Below, in pieces: positions 1-5,257 of a stretch of DNA of 8,718 nt. A model generated the notes under the pieces. That model saw only the letters and a program-made list of their open reading frames with translations, had not been told where the DNA came from and made no database searches. Location of the stretch: the NCBI GenBank assembly GCA_054661495.1, contig BAAFSQ010000369.1:1-8718 (forward strand), read 5' to 3'. The number at the start of each line of letters is the position of its first letter. Within the stretch, counting starts at the first letter, position 1. The position numbers were made by a program, and so were the translations under genes. Source of the stretch: Zygophlyctis sp. KS116. Taxonomy: Eukaryota; Fungi; Chytridiomycota.

Positions 1-54
1 TTTAGGTCATCGTGTTAGGTTGAAACACGTCGGACCTTTCCTTTGTAGAAAATA

Positions 55-111
55 TCAATAAAGATATTTACTATAAAGGTAATTACTCAATAAAGATATT
101 TACTATAAAGG
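55..111. repeat. Two exact 25-bp direct repeats (55-79, 87-111; period 32) inside element B LTR
   Basis: TCAATAAAGATATTTACTATAAAGG twice, separated by TAATTAC. Confidence 0.95.
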
Positions 112-145
112 GTTTTATCTGAGGTCATTAAGTTTAGATCTCACA

Positions 146-149
146 AAAT
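146..149. other. Left copy of 4-bp target-site duplication (AAAT) of element A
   Basis: cacaAAAT|TGACG on the left and CAACA|AAATtatg on the right. A 5-bp reading (AAAAT vs AAATT) does not match. Confidence 0.85.
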
Positions 150-396
150 TGACGACTCTCGTTGATATCAAGCCCTGAGCACACTTTCTACCTTTCCCAG
201 CCCTTAATCCCAGGGTGGGTTTTACTGGTGAATGAGGTGTGGCGGTTTTTTTTGAGTTTTGTTATCTCAAAAGAAAATAAAGAGGATTATTCAGATCTTG
301 TTTATTTTGCACTTGAAAAGAAGAATTAGTAGTTTTAGACTTATTTTTCTTACTTTGGCCTCTGATCTCCGATTTTGAAAAGTGGACTTTTCAACA
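150..396 (+). repeat. 5' LTR of element A
   Basis: TGACGACTCTC...CTTTTCAACA; matches 4864-5110 except T185/G4899 and C201/T4915 (245/247). Confidence 0.97.
276..281 (+). promoter_or_regulatory. Candidate polyadenylation signal AATAAA in element A LTR (functional copy at 4990-4995)
   Basis: Canonical hexamer mid-LTR followed by T-rich sequence. AT-rich context, so it could be chance. Confidence 0.4.
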
Positions 397-415
397 TAAA
401 CAGAATAACAAAACT
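397..415 (+). other. Non-tRNA primer-binding region (candidate self-priming PBS) of element A
   Basis: No TGG-type tRNA PBS after the LTR. ATAACAAAACT (405-415) is perfectly complementary to LTR 255-265; ATAAACA (396-402) to 299-305; GAATAA (403-408) to 287-292. Confidence 0.6.
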
Positions 416-439
416 ACAATTTGGAAAGAATTCTTTTAT

Positions 440-2260
440 ATGGAAATGGATAATTTGTCTTTGGACCCTGCTCTTGTTGGTCGCCAATCTCCGGCGCCTT
501 CTCTGCCTGACGACAGAATCAGTCAGCTTTTGAACAATCTTAATGCTCGTTTGGAAACTCTGGAATCGGTGGCTACGGCGCCAATTCAAACTCAAATGCA
601 GTCTTTTGGAACAGCCCCTAAGGTGGCCTTGCCTGATAAGTTTGATGGAACAATCTCTAAGTGTAGAAGATTTATTAGCTCGGTTGAAAATATCTTTGCA
701 ATTCAACCCTCTCGGTACTCATCTTCGGAAATTCGGACTCGATTCATTGGAACTCTTCTTAGTGGTGATGCTCTTACTTGGTTCTCTGGAATTGTGGACT
801 ATTCTCCTGGATTGTTATTGAATTATGAAAATTTTATTTTGGAACTCAAGGACCTATTTGATGACCCACACGCGCAGCACCACGCTTGTAATTCTCTTAA
901 GCGGCTGCGCCAGGGGAAATTTTCAGTGACTTCGTACTCTGCAAAATTTCGACATATTGCTTTGGAAACTGGTTATAATGATCTTGCTAAGATGGATATT
1001 TTTCGGTCTGGGCTCAATGATGAAGTTAAGGACGTGTTAGCCACCTCTTTTGTGGATCCGGAGAATCTAGAAGATTTGATTAAACTTTGTGTGAAAATTG
1101 ATCAGCGTCTGTATGACAGACGGTTGGAAAGAAATTCAAGTAGGATATCTTATGGTCACTCAGATAAGCTTAAGAAATATTCGCCTCAAGTGCCTCAGTC
1201 AGGTTCTACTCCCATGGAGCTTGATTATTTGGATACTCAGAAACAGAAACGTGGTAAATTGACTAAAGAGGAACGGGAAAAACGAATCAGCAACAATTTG
1301 TGCCTATATTGTGGAGAACCAGGACACAAAGTTAATTCTTGTCCGAAACGATCTGAAAGGTCTCTCAATACGGTGGAATTATTTTCTACATCTATAGCCA
1401 ATACTTCGTCTCTTAGTTTAAAAGTTAGTCTAGAGAATCAGCGAGACGAAGACCCTTTGGATGCTCTGTTAGATAGTGGAGCTAATGCAAACTTTATTTC
1501 TCAAGCTGTTATTGAAGGATTGGGGATGAATTTGACGAAGTTAGATACTCCTATCGTGGTTCGCTTGGCTGATGGGTCATGTAAGACTGTTGAATATCAA
1601 GTTAAAAATGTGAAGTTCAAGATAAAGGAATCAAGTTCTGGACCTTTAAACTTCAAGGCCGATCTTATAGTAATTAAGGATTTAAGAATTAATGTCATAC
1701 TTGGCACACCCTGGTTTACCTCAGTTAATCCAAGTATAGATTGGAAATCAAGAATAATAAAGTTTGATCGTGGCTCTTGGTCGTCATCTATTTCTCTGAA
1801 TTTTATATCCCTAGGTGATTATAAGGAAAAGGAATGTTCTTCCAATTCTCCTTTTGATACTCTAACTAATAGTGAACGAAAGAATAAAACCAAGAAAAAT
1901 GTTACTTGGAATGATAAAATTAGTGAATTCTGCGAAAAGAAATTTTACTCAAATGAATGCCCATTAGGTGAAAAGTTAGAAAAGGAATGTTCTTCCAATT
2001 CTTATGATACTCATTTAATGAATAGTGAAATTGATAAGAAGAAGAAAGAGGAAGAAGAATACAAGAAGTCCATGGAAATCTTTGGAAAGTATTATGGTGA
2101 TTATAGCCCTCTATTTGAAGAAAAAGAACTCGCCTCTTTGCCACCAAATAGAGCCTGCGACATGGAAATCAATCTGGTAGATGAATCGAAAACTCCACCT
2201 TTCCTCAAGATTTTCAGGTTGACGTTCAAGGAGGAAACCCTGCTGAAAGACTGGACTTAA
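440..2260 (+). CDS. gag: Gag (capsid plus CCHC nucleocapsid) fused in frame to aspartic protease; truncated at the start of RT
   Basis: Sushi/PEG10-like capsid start LPDKFDG...LSGDALTW, LRQG...V..Y...F major homology-like region, PMELD, zinc knuckle CLYCGEPGHKVNSC (1301-1342), protease ALLDSGA (D at 1472) with VILGTPW...NPSIDW, then pre-RT LPPNRACDMEINL. Confidence 0.95.
   Translation: MEMDNLSLDPALVGRQSPAPSLPDDRISQLLNNLNARLETLESVATAPIQTQMQSFGTAPKVALPDKFDGTISKCRRFISSVENIFAIQPSRYSSSEIRTRFIGTLLSGDALTWFSGIVDYSPGLLLNYENFILELKDLFDDPHAQHHACNSLKRLRQGKFSVTSYSAKFRHIALETGYNDLAKMDIFRSGLNDEVKDVLATSFVDPENLEDLIKLCVKIDQRLYDRRLERNSSRISYGHSDKLKKYSPQVPQSGSTPMELDYLDTQKQKRGKLTKEEREKRISNNLCLYCGEPGHKVNSCPKRSERSLNTVELFSTSIANTSSLSLKVSLENQRDEDPLDALLDSGANANFISQAVIEGLGMNLTKLDTPIVVRLADGSCKTVEYQVKNVKFKIKESSSGPLNFKADLIVIKDLRINVILGTPWFTSVNPSIDWKSRIIKFDRGSWSSSISLNFISLGDYKEKECSSNSPFDTLTNSERKNKTKKNVTWNDKISEFCEKKFYSNECPLGEKLEKECSSNSYDTHLMNSEIDKKKKEEEEYKKSMEIFGKYYGDYSPLFEEKELASLPPNRACDMEINLVDESKTPPFLKIFRLTFKEETLLKDWT
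1812..2029 (+). repeat. In-frame imperfect direct repeat in the PR-RT linker (1812-1876 / 1965-2029, period 153 bp)
   Basis: Exact 24-mer GAAAAGGAATGTTCTTCCAATTCT at 1826-1849 and 1979-2002. TAGGTGA and AATAGTGAA also recur at +153. The protein repeats LG...EKECSSNS..DT...NSE. Confidence 0.9.
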
Positions 2261-3165
2261 AAAAAGGATTTATCCGTCCTTCAAAGAGTCCATGTGCTGC
2301 ACCAATATTCTTCGTACCCAAGAAAGATGGAGGTCTCAGACCTTGCATAAACTACAAACGTCTAAACGAGAACACTCTGCCGGATGGGAGACCACTCCCG
2401 TTAATCTCAGATATTCTGTCTCAATTCCATGGGGCAGAACTGTTTTCTATTTTGGATTTGAAGGGTGCTTACAATTTGGTCCGCATGAAGCCAGGCCACG
2501 AATGGAAGGCAGCTTTTAGATCGAAATTTGGTCTATTTGAACCGTTGGTAGTGCAATTCGGTCTGCAGAATGCGCCATCTGTATTCCAGGATTTCATTAA
2601 TTCCATTTTTGTTGATATGCTAGGGAAAAGCTTGGTTATCTACATAGATGACATACTGATCTATTCAAAGAACTTAGAGGAACATATTGTAATCGTAAAG
2701 GAAGTTTTAAGACGTTTGCAAGATCATCATCTGGTTCTTAAGAAAAGTAAATGTTTCTTCCATGTAACAGAATTTGTATTTCTGGGACATAGGATCTCAA
2801 AGGATGGAATTTCAATGGATCCCGAAAAAGTTAAAGTGATAGTTAATTATGGTCGTCCAACCACAGTCAAGGAGTTGCGAAGCTTTTTAGGGATGTCTAA
2901 TTACTATAGGAAATTTTTGCCTCGCTATTCTGAAGTCTCCAAGCCTTTGACAGACATGACAAAGAAAAAGAATGAATTCTTGTGGACTAAATCTGCGGAA
3001 GAAGCTTTTGCAATGGTCAAAAGCTTGATTAGTAGCGATTTGATGCTACGCCACCCTGTTCTAGATAAGCCATTTGTTATCCAAACTGATGCAAGCGATT
3101 TTGCGGTAGCTGGTGTGTTATTGCAACTTGATTTGAACGACAATTTACTCCCTTTGGAATTTTTC
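2257..3165 (+). pseudogene. pol: Reverse transcriptase and N-terminal RNase H segment of element A pol (out of frame with both neighbours)
   Basis: The frame reads LKKGFIRPSKSPCAAPIFFVPKKDGGLRPCINYKRLN from 2257 (upstream of the track's 2452 start), then LDLKGAYN, QFGLQNAP, YIDD (2641-2652), FLGH, FLGMSNYYRKF, QTDASDFAVAGVL. Confidence 0.95.
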
Positions 3166-4879
3166 TAGAAAGCTCAATGATTCGGAGTTGAACTATTCTA
3201 TACATGACAAAGAATTGTTGGCTATAAAAGAGAGTCTGCAGGAATGGAGGCATTATGTGATGCATGTTAAGAAGCCAATTCAAGTTTTCTGTGATCATAA
3301 GAATCTATTATATTTCAAGGACAATCGTCTAACAAAGCCTCGACATGCAAGATGGCATGAGATTCTTATGCAATTTAACTTCGTGTTACTTCAGATCAAA
3401 GGTGAGGAAAATTATTTAGCGGATGCTCTTTCAAGGGATCCTCACTTGAAGATGCGGAATGGGAACCCAGGAACTCAACTTTTGCCTGAAAAGGTATGGA
3501 ACCCAGTATTTGAATGTAATCCTTTGGAACAAGAAGAAATAGATCATGAATATCCGGAGGACATTGGAAGATTTCTAGCTTCTGAGGACAATCAATGGAC
3601 GTGTGAAGTTCATCCATTTTCTCAATATGGACAATATGTTAAATCTTTCAAACTCATAAATGATAGATTATTTTATGTGAAGAATCAAGAGAATCGCTTG
3701 TATGCACCTCAAATTCAAAGGAAATCAATTTTAGAGAAATTTCATGATAATCTTGGTCATATGGGTTTGGGATCTATTCTTATCTTGATAAAGCGCCGCT
3801 ACTACTGGCCCAATTTAGAGGATGATGTGTCGCAGTATTGTGTGAATTGTGCAAAGTGCCAGTTATCTAGACAAGGAAGAGCTCCAAAGACGACATTCGT
3901 GACACCAGTACCTCCTGTGGCAATTCCTTTTGACAGATGGGGAATAGATTTTGTGGGACGATTAATTGAAAGTAAGCGAAAGAATAATTACATAATTACT
4001 GCTATTGATTATGCTAGTAGATGGTTGGTAGCAAAAGCGGTTAAAGTGGCTAATGAAGAGACAGTTATTAGATTTCTATATAGTGATATACTTGCTAATT
4101 ACGGGGTTCCGAGTGAGATTCTAACAGATCGGGGTAAATGCTTTCTGGGGAGTGCTGTTGAAGAATTTATTAGAAAATATCAGGTTCATCATCTCAAAAC
4201 AACTCCGTATCATCCTCAAACAAATGGGATGGTTGAACGAGTTCACTCAATTCTGAATCATTCTATTAGAACCTTGTCTCAAGAGCCGGACAGATGGGAT
4301 GAGTGTTTGGAACAAGCAGTCTTTGGTATTAGAATTCGCAAACACTCAGTTACTGGAATTTCTCCTTTTGAATTGGTTTATGGTCAGCAAGTAAGATTGC
4401 CAGTGGATCTAGAATTTCCTGTTAGAATTAGAGTTCCGTTGGATGAAAATGAACAACGAGAAGCTTTGCTAAATTACAACTCTTATAAATTGAAGCAATT
4501 GGGTCAAGACAGGGCAGCTGCATATTTTAAGTCAGTAGCACAAGCAAAAAATATGGAGAGGACAAGAGAAATAAGTTATAAATTTGATATAGGACATTAT
4601 GTAAAGATGAGACTACATAAGCGATCAAAGTTCGAGCCTTATTGGACTGGACTTTATATAGTTACGGAATTGGGATTTCCTGGTACATATTGGTTAATTA
4701 AGGCAAATGGACAACGAATTGATAACTTGGTGAATGAAGAACAATTAGCCCCATGGATCTCTCAAGACGATCTGGAAGAGATAAATTTTAATAATTCTAA
4801 TCAACTAGATAATGGTGTGGAAGAGATTCTAGAGGAAGTGGACATCCCTCCGGAGGGGGATAATGACGACTCTCGTTGA
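3164..4879 (+). pseudogene. pol: C-terminal RNase H plus integrase segment of element A pol
   Basis: SRKLNDSELNYSIHDKELLAI, CDHKNL, ADALSR (RNase H); HHCC (HDNLGH...CAKC); DDE core WGIDF, LTDRG, NGMVER; degenerate GPY/F (WTGLY). Confidence 0.95.
4852..4860 (+). other. Polypurine tract of element A
   Basis: GGAGGGGGA, then TAA, then the TG of the 3' LTR. Confidence 0.9.
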
Positions 4880-5110
4880 TATCAAGCCCTGAGCACACGT
4901 TCTACCTTTCCCAGTCCTTAATCCCAGGGTGGGTTTTACTGGTGAATGAGGTGTGGCGGTTTTTTTTGAGTTTTGTTATCTCAAAAGAAAATAAAGAGGA
5001 TTATTCAGATCTTGTTTATTTTGCACTTGAAAAGAAGAATTAGTAGTTTTAGACTTATTTTTCTTACTTTGGCCTCTGATCTCCGATTTTGAAAAGTGGA
5101 CTTTTCAACA
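4864..5110 (+). repeat. 3' LTR of element A
   Basis: Direct repeat of 150-396, starting 3 nt after the PPT. The integrase stop codon (4877-4879) lies inside it. Confidence 0.97.
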
Positions 5111-5114
5111 AAAT
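5111..5114. other. Right copy of 4-bp target-site duplication (AAAT) of element A
   Basis: Immediately follows the terminal CA at 5110 and is identical to 146-149. Confidence 0.85.
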
Positions 5115-5257
5115 TATGAGTCGGTATACTCAGATGTATATGTAATTCACTTCAATATTAAATATAACTTTTAATATTTACTACAAGGAACGTTACGCGT
5201 GTGCGCGCTTAAGTAGAACGAAGAAAGTTCTAGAACAAATTATACTGCTGACTAACA
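5115..5257 (-). repeat. PPT-proximal (U3) half of element B 3' LTR
   Basis: Begins TGTTAG 3 nt after the PPT on the minus strand and runs to element A's TSD. Confidence 0.85.
5222..5236. promoter_or_regulatory. Perfect three-unit heat-shock-element consensus in element B LTR U3
   Basis: aGAAagTTCtaGAAc matches nGAAnnTTCnnGAAn. Motif match only. Confidence 0.5.

Larger units (their letters stand above)
13..149 (-). repeat. Distal (R/U5) half of element B 3' LTR
   Basis: Ends CTAACA on the minus strand (plus TGTTAG 13-18), a perfect 6-bp inverted match to 5252-5257. It shares ATATTTACTA and a 16/18 inverted repeat with the other half. No second LTR copy is in the window to confirm it. Confidence 0.75.
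150..5110 (+). mobile_element. Full-length Ty3/Gypsy LTR retrotransposon (element A), 4961 bp, pol frameshifted
   Basis: Two near-identical 247-bp direct repeats with TG...CA ends, flanking AAAT duplication, PPT before the 3' LTR, and domain order Gag-PR-RT-RH-IN (IN after RH is the Ty3/Gypsy order). Confidence 0.98.

Noticed and set aside
55-111. CRISPR-like repeat
   Set aside because: Only two copies with a 7-bp spacer, no cas genes, and a eukaryotic retroelement context.
4-128. AGGTCAT repeated at 4-10 and 122-128
   Set aside because: Only a 7-mer, and not positioned as a TSD for either element; likely chance.
397-439. tRNA primer-binding site
   Set aside because: No TGG within a few nt of the LTR end; the first TGG (422) is too far away. 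A tRNA-fragment primer cannot be fully excluded without a search.
350-706. 118-aa antisense ORF and other short ORFs (543-821, 1920-2147, 2292-2519, 2925-3143, 3077-3298, 3396-3617, 5794-6165, 7770-7952)
   Set aside because: All are shadows of gag/pol in other frames or strands, with no recognisable motifs.
440-2260. Domesticated PEG10/RTL-like host gene
   Set aside because: It is bounded by near-identical LTRs and a TSD with a full pol downstream, so it is a recent transposon copy.
2250-2268. Programmed -1 frameshift at the A-run TTAAAAAAAGG
   Set aside because: The TAA stop precedes the run in the upstream frame, four conserved residues are missing, and the site is after PR rather than at the gag/pol boundary. 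A deletion explains it better.
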